NCBI GenBank assembly: GCA_024640135.1
Contig: JAHEFO010000005.1
Location: forward strand, 1-46,753
DNA from: Acidobacteriota bacterium
Lineage (GTDB): Bacteria; Acidobacteriota; Vicinamibacteria; Vicinamibacterales; SCN-69-37
Direction: 5' to 3'
Length of the DNA: 46,753 bases
In this document: positions 29,486 to 39,274 of the stretch, piece after piece
Position numbering within the stretch: position 1 is the first letter of the stretch
How the letters are laid out: each line of letters starts with the position of its first letter
Program-made: the position numbers and the translations under genes
The notes under the pieces: generated by a model
Told to the model about the DNA's origin: nothing
What the model saw: only the letters and a program-made list of their open reading frames with translations
Databases searched by the model: none

Positions 29486-29496
29486 TACTATAAGAT
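29486..29496. promoter_or_regulatory. Overlapping divergent -10-like elements
   Basis: TACTAT/TAAGAT on + and TATAGT on - within the short divergent gap 29445-29509. Confidence 0.4.
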
Positions 29497-29509
29497 TGGC
29501 GGCAAGTCT

Positions 29510-30610
29510 ATGGGAAAGCGAGAGTTAATCATCGTCGTGGCATTCCTGGCCGTGGGAACTCTGGTCTTCCAGATAGCCGCGCCACCGGAAACAGCGACCA
29601 GTTCGTTTTCGTTCAACGATTTCTTTCGCTCAGCGCGAAGCGAGATCCGCGGCAACCCGGGGCAGGGGAAGTTCGTTCACGAGGCCAGCCTGCCGGTACC
29701 GGCAGGGCTGATTGAAGTGCGCCTGATTGGCGTGCTTCAGGACGTCACAATCGTCGGCGATGACCGGGACACCATCGACTACGAATTCACGGTGAACTCC
29801 ACCGGCCCCGACGAGGCCAGCGCGATTGAACTGGCCAAGTCCACGGAACTGGTCCGGGACGACGTGGGAGACGCCATGATCCTGCGCGCGACGTATCCCA
29901 GGCCCGCCAGCCAGAGATCAACCATCGTCATGCATGTGCCCACTCGAATGGCCGTCCGCGTCGAAGGCAGCAACGGCGTGCAGGTCAGCGGAGTGGCGGC
30001 CGTCCATCTGGAAGCCGTTCGCGGGGACGTCACGCTGGAAACCATCCAGGGGGCCGTGACGGGCGCGCACCAGGACGGCGACCTCACCGTCGGGGGCGCG
30101 GCATCCGCCCGGCTTCGGCTGCTGCGCTCAGCTGCCAAGATCGCGCGAATCGCGGACGGTCTGGTCCTCGATCTTCGCAACTCGGACGTCGGAGTGACGG
30201 ACTCCGGTGGCGCGCTCGAGGTTGATGAACTTCGCTCTGAACTCGAAGTGTCCGGACATCGGGGCGCCGTCGCCGTTCGCGGCAGCGATGGCCGCGTCAC
30301 GATTCGACGACCGGCAGCGGACACTCGCGTGGACGTGCGTCGCGCCGAAGTGGAAGTCCTCCTCGAACGCGCAGTACCACTCACCGTGATCACGACCGAC
30401 GAACCACTGCGCCTCATTCTTGTCGGCGCCCCGGCGTTCGATCTGGACGCCAGCGCGACGAATGCCAGTATTCAGGCGGCTGATCTGGATTTGAAAGCTG
30501 AGACCTCAGATGCGAACGCCCGCCTGACACATACATTCGGCCGCGGAGGCACCACGAAGATTTCGTTGCGCAACACGCGCGGCGACATCGTGCTCAGAAA
30601 AAGTTCATGA
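29510..30610 (+). CDS. DUF4097-like beta-strand repeat protein, membrane anchored
   Basis: N-terminal TM, repeated GDVTL/GAVT/GRVT strands, C-terminal LRNTRGDIVL. Confidence 0.7.
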   Translation: MGKRELIIVVAFLAVGTLVFQIAAPPETATSSFSFNDFFRSARSEIRGNPGQGKFVHEASLPVPAGLIEVRLIGVLQDVTIVGDDRDTIDYEFTVNSTGPDEASAIELAKSTELVRDDVGDAMILRATYPRPASQRSTIVMHVPTRMAVRVEGSNGVQVSGVAAVHLEAVRGDVTLETIQGAVTGAHQDGDLTVGGAASARLRLLRSAAKIARIADGLVLDLRNSDVGVTDSGGALEVDELRSELEVSGHRGAVAVRGSDGRVTIRRPAADTRVDVRRAEVEVLLERAVPLTVITTDEPLRLILVGAPAFDLDASATNASIQAADLDLKAETSDANARLTHTFGRGGTTKISLRNTRGDIVLRKSS

Positions 30611-30636
30611 CTCGCGCCCGTACGGGCACAGAATGC

Positions 30637-30665
30637 TTGACGAGCCGAGTTGAAGGTTCTACGCT
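30637..30665 (+). promoter_or_regulatory. Sigma-70 promoter for purC
   Basis: TTGACG-N17-TACGCT. Confidence 0.55.
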
Positions 30666-30686
30666 TCACTCTCCACAGGCGTCGGC

Positions 30687-31598
30687 ATGAGAACATCAGT
30701 AGTCCTTGAAACTCAGTTATCCGGTTTGACCCTCGCACGTCGAGGAAAAGTGCGTGACGTCTACGACATGGGAGACACACTCCTCATCGTCGCCACCGAT
30801 CGCATTTCCGCGTTTGACTGCATCCTCGGTTCGGGTATCCCGGACAAGGGCAAAGTCCTGACGCAGTTGTCGGCGTTCTGGTTCGAACGGATCGCGTCGA
30901 TCACGCCGCACCACCTGATCTCCATCAACGTGGACGACTTCCCCGCCGCCGCGCGTCCGCACCGCGACGTCCTGCGTGGCCGGACCATGCTGGTCCGCAA
31001 GACCGCGCCGCTGCCGGTGGAGTGTGTGGCCCGCGGATACCTGTCCGGATCGGGATGGAAGGACTACCAGAAGACCGGGGCGGTGTGCGGGGTGACCCTG
31101 CCCGCTGGTCTCCGCAACTCCGACAAGCTTCCCGAGCCCATCTTCACGCCGGCGACCAAGGCCGAATCCGGTCACGATGAAAATATCAGCGAAGCCGAGG
31201 CGGCCGGCATCCTCGGCGCGGAGCGCGTCGCCCAGTTGAAGGCGTTGACACTCGACATCTACAAGCTGGGTGTCGCCCACGCGGCCACACGCGGCATTCT
31301 CATTGCCGACACCAAGTTCGAGTTCGGCCTCGGCACAGACGCGGACGGCGGCCAGCAACTGGTGCTGATTGACGAAGTCCTGACGTCCGATTCGTCGCGG
31401 TTCTGGCCTCAGAGCCTGTATGAGCCGGGACGCAGCCAACCGAGCTTCGACAAGCAGTTCGTTCGGGACTACCTCGAGGAAATCGGCTGGAACAAGCAAC
31501 CCCCCGCGCCGTCTCTGCCTGAGGACGTGGTCACACGAACCCGCGAGAAGTACCTGGAGGCCTTTCGGATCCTGACAGGAAGGGATCTGGAGCTCTGA
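30687..31598 (+). CDS. purC: SAICAR synthetase
   Basis: RGKVRDVY, TDRISAFD, ECVARGYLSGSG, ADTKFEFG, SFDKQFVRD. Confidence 0.97.
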   Translation: MRTSVVLETQLSGLTLARRGKVRDVYDMGDTLLIVATDRISAFDCILGSGIPDKGKVLTQLSAFWFERIASITPHHLISINVDDFPAAARPHRDVLRGRTMLVRKTAPLPVECVARGYLSGSGWKDYQKTGAVCGVTLPAGLRNSDKLPEPIFTPATKAESGHDENISEAEAAGILGAERVAQLKALTLDIYKLGVAHAATRGILIADTKFEFGLGTDADGGQQLVLIDEVLTSDSSRFWPQSLYEPGRSQPSFDKQFVRDYLEEIGWNKQPPAPSLPEDVVTRTREKYLEAFRILTGRDLEL

Positions 31599-31810
31599 TG
31601 ATTCGCGATGACCTCGATACGCTCGTGCGCCACCTGATTGACCGGGGCATCCTCTTTGAAGATGCCCAGCGCGAGTTCGAGCGGATGTTCATCACCCGGG
31701 CCCTGGCCAAGACCAACTACAACGTGGGTAAGGCCGCCAAGATCACCGGCCTGCACCGGAATACGGTCACTCGAAAGATGGCCGCCTACCGGATCAAGCG
31801 GGCGGGATAG
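31598..31810 (+). CDS. Small Fis-like HTH protein
   Basis: EFERMFITRALAKTNYNVGKAAKITGLHRNTVTRK (HTH_8-like); TGATG coupling to purC. Confidence 0.8.
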   Translation: MIRDDLDTLVRHLIDRGILFEDAQREFERMFITRALAKTNYNVGKAAKITGLHRNTVTRKMAAYRIKRAG

Positions 31811-31832
31811 CCCGGCGGCCCGCGCCCCCCTC

Positions 31833-31862
31833 TTGACGGCCAAACCCGGGCTCCCGTAAACT
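31833..31862 (+). promoter_or_regulatory. Sigma-70 promoter of groESL
   Basis: TTGACG-N18-TAAACT immediately before CIRCE. Confidence 0.6.
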
Positions 31863-31888
31863 TAGCAGTCGGACGCAGGGAGTGCTAA
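31862..31888. promoter_or_regulatory. CIRCE element (HrcA operator)
   Basis: TTAGCAGTC-N9-GAGTGCTAA, one mismatch to TTAGCACTC-N9-GAGTGCTAA, upstream of groES. Confidence 0.93.
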
Positions 31889-31911
31889 CAGTCCATACGA
31901 GAGACTGCCAG
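31885..31911. promoter_or_regulatory. Second, degenerate CIRCE element
   Basis: CTAACAGTC-N9-GACTGCCAG, overlapping the first by 4 nt. Confidence 0.55.
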
Positions 31912-31947
31912 GCACGCCCCGCATTTTTTGTCTACGAAAGGACATCC

Positions 31948-33923
<1,976 letters not shown>

Positions 33924-33970
33924 AGACGGTCCACGGGTCCGCGAGATCCGTGGGTTCGAGGAACGGGAAG

Positions 33971-34005
33971 GGCCCGGTGGCATCAGCCGCCGGGCCTTTT
34001 TTTTT
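33971..34005 (+). terminator. Rho-independent terminator of groESL
   Basis: GGCCCGGTGG-catcag-CCGCCGGGCC stem followed by T9. Confidence 0.9.
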
Positions 34006-34085
34006 GCTCGCCACCAGACGGTCCACAGGTCCGCAAGTCCGGTGACTCGAGCCGGGCAGCCGAAGTCTGGCGTATGCTACGGCGC

Positions 34086-35444
34086 ATGCGCCGATACCTC
34101 ATGATCTTCGTCGTCACCCTGTTGGCAGCCTGCGCCCCTGCGCCCTCGGCGACCGGCACGCCGGACACCGACACCATGACGCCCGCCAGCGTGCGCGCCC
34201 GTACCGAGCGGGAATGGTCCCTCAAGGCCGACAAGATGCGGCAGCACCTGATTCCCCTCATGCGCAAACACGGGGTCAACCTGTGGGTCATCATGAGCCG
34301 GGAGAATGCGGTCGACCCGACACTTGAGCTGTTCGGCGGCAGCGGCATCACCGGGTGGTACGGCCACCGCAACGCCTATCTCCTCTTCGATCGCGGCGGC
34401 GATGCGGCCAACGCGCTCGAGACCACAGTCTTCGGGACGCACCTGTCCGGCCATCTGAAGCGCTTCTATGACACCGTCCAGAGTTACGGCGAGTCCGGCC
34501 TGAAGCCCCTGCTGCAGCGCTACGTCACCGATCGGAACCCCGGACGAATCGCCATCAACCAGTCACGGACGATCAGCATGGCCGACGGTCTCACCGCCGA
34601 ACTGAAGGACTACCTGTTCGACGCGATTGGGCCGGCATTCTCGGGTCGTACGACCTCCTCGGAGCCCCTGCTTGTCGACTACGTCTCCGTCCACACCGCT
34701 GACGAGGACGCCGTGCAGGCAGAAGCCGCGCAGGCGACCTACGAGATCCTGCGCCGCGCGTTTTCGAATGAAGTCATCACGCCCGGCCGAACCACGCTGA
34801 TGGACGTGCATTACTGGATCACTGCCGAGCGGAAGCGTCAGAATTTTGAGTTCGACTTCAACGCCGGGCTCGACCTCCAGCGCTTCAAGGACGGCGCCGT
34901 CGTCGCGTTGGACGACGCCGACGATCCGGTCATCGAACGCGGCGACGTCCTGCACGTCGACTTCGGTGTCCGGCTGGCGGGCCTCGTCACAGACCAGCAG
35001 AAAATGGCGTATGTCCTCCGCGACGACGAGACGACGCCGCCGGCCGGCATCCTCAAGGCCTTCGCCGACTCCCAGCGCGCCGCCGAGTTGCATGCGGCCG
35101 AACTCGTGCCTGGCCGCACGGGCATCGACATCAAGACCCGTTCCGAAGCGGCCGCCAGGGCCGAGAATATCGACCTGCTCGTGTATTCGCACGTGCAAGG
35201 CTACTGGGTGCACGATGCCGGAACATGGACGGTCTTCGACTGGCCAGAGCGGTACGGCGCCCACCCGCGCACACCGCTTCATCCCGGCGTCTGGTTCTCC
35301 CTGGAGTTCCGCACGCGCACGGCCGTCCCCGAGTGGGGCGACCAACTCGTCGCGATGCAGCGGGAAGAAGACATGATCATCCCTGCCGAGGGCCGGGCAC
35401 GCTACACGGCCGGGCCCCAGACGGAGCTATGGGTGATCAGATAG
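34086..35444 (+). CDS. M24 (Xaa-Pro aminopeptidase-like) metallopeptidase, lipoprotein
   Basis: Lipobox LLAAC; candidate metal ligands HVDFG, TDQQ, HVQGYWVHDAG, SLE, REED. Confidence 0.8.
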   Translation: MRRYLMIFVVTLLAACAPAPSATGTPDTDTMTPASVRARTEREWSLKADKMRQHLIPLMRKHGVNLWVIMSRENAVDPTLELFGGSGITGWYGHRNAYLLFDRGGDAANALETTVFGTHLSGHLKRFYDTVQSYGESGLKPLLQRYVTDRNPGRIAINQSRTISMADGLTAELKDYLFDAIGPAFSGRTTSSEPLLVDYVSVHTADEDAVQAEAAQATYEILRRAFSNEVITPGRTTLMDVHYWITAERKRQNFEFDFNAGLDLQRFKDGAVVALDDADDPVIERGDVLHVDFGVRLAGLVTDQQKMAYVLRDDETTPPAGILKAFADSQRAAELHAAELVPGRTGIDIKTRSEAAARAENIDLLVYSHVQGYWVHDAGTWTVFDWPERYGAHPRTPLHPGVWFSLEFRTRTAVPEWGDQLVAMQREEDMIIPAEGRARYTAGPQTELWVIR

Positions 35445-35480
35445 GGTCCGTCGATCAGAAAGGTCAGGAGTCGTTCGAAC

Positions 35481-38090
35481 ATGAAACGTGTAACGGGTCT
35501 CTCACTCGTGTTGGCTGCCGTGCTTGCCGCGCCATCGGTCCAGTCAGCTTCCCAGGCCCCCGCTGGGGGCGACGTACCGATTGGGCTCACGTGGCGCAAC
35601 GTCGGGCCCGGGGTCACTGGCACCCGGATCGTGGACTTTGCGGTGGTCGAACAGGATCCCGCGATTGTCTATGCGGCCACGGCATCCAGCGGTGTGTGGA
35701 AGACGCTGAACGCCGGCACCACATGGGAACCGCTGTTCCAGCACGAGGAGTCGATCTCCGTCGGTGGGATCGCGGTCTCGCAGTCAGACCCGGACATCGT
35801 CTGGGTGGCGACCGGTGAGCCGAACATGCGGAACCTCCGCAGCACCTCCTGGGGCACGGGTATCTACAAGAGTCTCGACGCGGGCCGCACATGGCGTCAC
35901 ATGGGACTCGCGGATGCGCGCCACATGGGCCGCGTGGTCATCCACCCCGCCAACCCAGACGTCGTCTTCGCGACCGTACTCGGATCGATGTGGCAGAACG
36001 ATCCTCGGCAGAATGCTGTCCGCGGCCTCTACAAGACCACCGACGGCGGTGCGACATGGAGCAAGACGCTCTCGGCCGGCGACCACGCCGGCATCGTGGA
36101 CCTCGTCATGGATCCCACCCAGCCGGACACGCTGTATGCGGCCGCGTGGCACCGCGAACGCCGCGACTGGAGCTTCGTCAACGTCGGCCCTGAGAGCGGG
36201 CTCTTCAAGTCCACCGACGGCGGCGACACGTGGACGAAACTTACAGCCGGCCTGCCGGTGACGCCAACGGGACGGCCCGGTGTCACGGTCTGCCGCTCGA
36301 GGCCGGCGACGCTGTATGCGGTCGTCGAAGGGGCCGACGGGGGCGTGTATCGCTCAACGGACGCCGGAGCGATCTGGACGCGCGTCAACACGATGTCCGC
36401 ATCATCGATGTACTACGGCCAGGTGCGCTGCGACCCGAACAACCCGGAACGGGTATACGTGCTCCAGACCCAGATGGCAATGTCGACGGACGGGGGCAAA
36501 ACCTTCACAACAGATATCCCTGGCCGGAGCGTGCATGTCGATCACCACGCGCTCTGGATCGATCCATCCGATTCGAGTCACCAGTGGCTGGGCAACGACG
36601 GGGGCATTTACCAGACGCGCGACCGCGGCGTGACATGGAGGTTCCACGATCAGCTCTCTGCCACACAGTTCTACGCGGTGGCCGTCGACATGCGCGAGCC
36701 GTTCTACTACGTCTGCGGCGGCACCCAGGACAACAACTCGCTCTGTGGCCCCTCGGCCACCCGAAACACGGACGGCATCGTCAATGCGGACTGGTATGTG
36801 ACGACCGGCGGCGACGGGTTCGCGCTCCAAATCGACCCGACCGACCCGTCGGTGGTGTACACCGAATCGCAGTACGGCGCTCTCGTGCAGTTCAACCCGT
36901 TCACGGGCCAACGGCGGCGGATTCAGCCTCAGGCGCCAGAGGGCCAGACCTATCGCTGGAATTGGAACGCGCCAATGCGGATCTCGCCGCACGACCCTGG
37001 CACGTTCTACTACGGCGCACAGTTCCTGTTCCGAACGCGCGACCGCGGCGCCACCTGGGATGTCGTCAGCCCCGATCTCACACGCCAGGTGGCAATCGAT
37101 CCGGAGCACCTGATCTCGCCCTACAGCACGCTGCTCTGGATTGATGAGTCTCCCCGCCATCGCGGATGGCTGGCGGTCGGCACGGATGACGGGCTGATCC
37201 AGGTGACCGAGGACGACGGAGCGACGTGGCGGCAGGCCGCTGCGATACCGGGCGTGCCCGAGCGCGCGCAGATTCGGCGTGTCTTCCACTCGGCGCATGA
37301 CGACCGCACCCTCTATGCCGCGGCGTCGGCGCATGAAGACGACACCTTCAGGCCGTTCGTCGCGAAGAGCACGGACCACGGCAGAACGTGGACGCGCATC
37401 GACACAGACCTGCCCATGCGCAGTCCGGTGATGTCGCTGGTGGAGGATCCCGTGAATCCCCTCTTGCTCTTTGCGGGCACACAGTTCGGGATCTACGCCA
37501 CCATCGACGGCGGGTCGCGCTGGTTCTCCCTTCAGCTGAACCTGCCCACCAGCCCCGTGCACGACATGGTGATTCATCCGCGCGAGGGCGATCTGGTGAT
37601 CGGCACGCACGGACGCGGGATCTGGCTGCTCGACTCGCTGGCCGGCCTGCGGGGGTTGACGCCTGAGGTACTGGCCGGCCCTGGCACGATCTTCACGCCG
37701 CGGCCGGCCTTCCAGATGACACGCTTTGATCGAGGCCGCAACGCGATGGGCAGCGCGTACTTCACCGCGCCCAATCCGCCAGACGGCGTGTCTCTCGACG
37801 TGTATCTGAACCCTTCGGGCACCGACGCTCCAACCATCGAGATCGCGGACGCCACCGGACGGGTTGTGCGGCGGCTCACCGCGCCGTCCGCCCGAGGACT
37901 CCAGCGCATCCTCTGGGACATGCGGGGCGATCCGCCCGCGGGGGCTCCCGGGAGTCCGGGGCGCGGACGTGGCGGGGCGCGGCCCCTGGTCGCGCCTGGC
38001 ACGTACGAGGCGCGGTTCACCCTCGCCAGCCTGACCACCCGCGTGCCGATCGTCGTACGCCCGGATCCAGGAGGACCTGGGAGGCCGTAG
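35481..38090 (+). CDS. Secreted BNR/Asp-box (VPS10/GH74-like) beta-propeller protein
   Basis: Signal peptide, many S/T-x-D-G-G-x-T-W repeats, HVDHHALWIDP, GTHGRG, FlgD-Ig-like tail. Confidence 0.85.
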   Translation: MKRVTGLSLVLAAVLAAPSVQSASQAPAGGDVPIGLTWRNVGPGVTGTRIVDFAVVEQDPAIVYAATASSGVWKTLNAGTTWEPLFQHEESISVGGIAVSQSDPDIVWVATGEPNMRNLRSTSWGTGIYKSLDAGRTWRHMGLADARHMGRVVIHPANPDVVFATVLGSMWQNDPRQNAVRGLYKTTDGGATWSKTLSAGDHAGIVDLVMDPTQPDTLYAAAWHRERRDWSFVNVGPESGLFKSTDGGDTWTKLTAGLPVTPTGRPGVTVCRSRPATLYAVVEGADGGVYRSTDAGAIWTRVNTMSASSMYYGQVRCDPNNPERVYVLQTQMAMSTDGGKTFTTDIPGRSVHVDHHALWIDPSDSSHQWLGNDGGIYQTRDRGVTWRFHDQLSATQFYAVAVDMREPFYYVCGGTQDNNSLCGPSATRNTDGIVNADWYVTTGGDGFALQIDPTDPSVVYTESQYGALVQFNPFTGQRRRIQPQAPEGQTYRWNWNAPMRISPHDPGTFYYGAQFLFRTRDRGATWDVVSPDLTRQVAIDPEHLISPYSTLLWIDESPRHRGWLAVGTDDGLIQVTEDDGATWRQAAAIPGVPERAQIRRVFHSAHDDRTLYAAASAHEDDTFRPFVAKSTDHGRTWTRIDTDLPMRSPVMSLVEDPVNPLLLFAGTQFGIYATIDGGSRWFSLQLNLPTSPVHDMVIHPREGDLVIGTHGRGIWLLDSLAGLRGLTPEVLAGPGTIFTPRPAFQMTRFDRGRNAMGSAYFTAPNPPDGVSLDVYLNPSGTDAPTIEIADATGRVVRRLTAPSARGLQRILWDMRGDPPAGAPGSPGRGRGGARPLVAPGTYEARFTLASLTTRVPIVVRPDPGGPGRP

Positions 38091-38116
38091 GAACCGATCC
38101 GGCTTCCTGGCTGGTG

Positions 38117-38719
38117 TCAGCGCTGAGTTCTGCCGGTGGACGCCCGTCGGCCCCTGGGAGGCTTCGGAAGGACGCTGACGGCTGCCTGCAGCTGCGCGCC
38201 CGCCGTGCCGAGCGCGTCAACCAGTGCCCGCAACTCAGGCGTGAGTTCAGCCACCGCCAATGCCGTCGTCACCCGTTCGATCGCGGCAGCGGGCGCGTGA
38301 ACGGCGGAGGCCTGGCGTTCCAGTTGCTCGGCGGCCAGCATGTGTTCGCGCGCCTTCTGCAGCAGCGGCCGTGTGTCGTTGTCACCGGTCAGGCGCTCGA
38401 TGACCAGCAGAGCCCGGCGTTCGACCGTCAGCGCCGTGGCGCGCATGAGCGTCTCTTCGCCGGCGATCGGCACCACGAACGGACCGGAGTCGGCCCGGGC
38501 GCCGCGCCGTTCGTGCCATGCGACCCACGCCTGCGGCAGGAAGTGATCCAGGAACGGAAGCCTGGTGTCGTCGTCTGACGTCTCGGGCGGGTCCACGCCC
38601 AGCGCAGCTTCGAGCCACTCCGGCGCCGTGCCCAGCGTCCGGAATCGTCCATCCATGGTGTGTTCGAACACCGTGACATCCAGGGCCCGCAGGACACTGG
38701 CGAGTAACGTTTCGCTCAT
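38117..38719 (-). CDS. Hypothetical protein: PAS-like domain plus degenerate HisKA-like helical hairpin
   Basis: ATGA overlap with the GTPase stop; alpha/beta N-domain (ALDVTVFE...PFLDHFL...SGPF...LLVIE); C-terminal ELTPELRALVDAL helix. Confidence 0.75.
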   Translation of the reverse strand: MSETLLASVLRALDVTVFEHTMDGRFRTLGTAPEWLEAALGVDPPETSDDDTRLPFLDHFLPQAWVAWHERRGARADSGPFVVPIAGEETLMRATALTVERRALLVIERLTGDNDTRPLLQKAREHMLAAEQLERQASAVHAPAAAIERVTTALAVAELTPELRALVDALGTAGAQLQAAVSVLPKPPRGRRASTGRTQR

Positions 38720-39249
38720 ACCAGCCCCTGACCAATCAGCGGCCCGGCGGAGGCGCCGGCCAGCATCGCCCGCGTGAGTGTCTCGAACGCCTGTTCCACG
38801 CCTTCGCCGGTCTTCGCGCTCGTTCGAATGACCCGCCAGCCCTGTTCGGCCATCTTGAAGAACATCTGCTCGTCAATCTCCCATTCGTCGGCGAGATCGT
38901 ACTTGTTCAGGAGCAGAATGAACGGCACGGATCCGACGGCCTCAACGGCCTTCTGCTGCATGAGTCGCGCGGTCTCCAATGTCGCGCGCCTGGTCCCGTC
39001 CACCACGAGCAGATACCCTGACATGCCGCGCAGATGCGACACCGGCACCGCCTGATAATCGTCATGACCGTAGATATCCCAGAGCATCAACTGCGCATCC
39101 TGCCCGTCGACGGTGACCTGCTTCTTGTCGATCTTGACGCCAACCGTCGTCAGGTACTTCTCCGAGAACATACTGGTGACGTATTGGGCGACCAGACTCG
39201 TCTTGCCGACGGCGAATCCGCCCAGCATGCAGATTTTCTTCTGAATCAT
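38716..39249 (-). CDS. Ras/Rab-like small GTPase (stand-alone, 177 aa)
   Basis: G1 GGFAVGKT, G2 YLTTVG, G3 WDIYG, G4 NKYD, G5 TSAKTG; strong AGGAGG RBS. Confidence 0.92.
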   Translation of the reverse strand: MIQKKICMLGGFAVGKTSLVAQYVTSMFSEKYLTTVGVKIDKKQVTVDGQDAQLMLWDIYGHDDYQAVPVSHLRGMSGYLLVVDGTRRATLETARLMQQKAVEAVGSVPFILLLNKYDLADEWEIDEQMFFKMAEQGWRVIRTSAKTGEGVEQAFETLTRAMLAGASAGPLIGQGLV

Positions 39250-39274
39250 GATCGACCTCCTCGTCCGCCGCCGG

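Noticed and set aside
33924-34034. CRISPR-like repeat-spacer unit
   Set aside because: Only two 19-nt copies, the intervening sequence is a terminator, and there are no cas genes.
38716-39249. Eukaryotic contamination or recent transfer of a Rab gene
   Set aside because: Host-like GC and codon usage, Shine-Dalgarno site, operonic overlap, no introns and no CAAX/CC tail.
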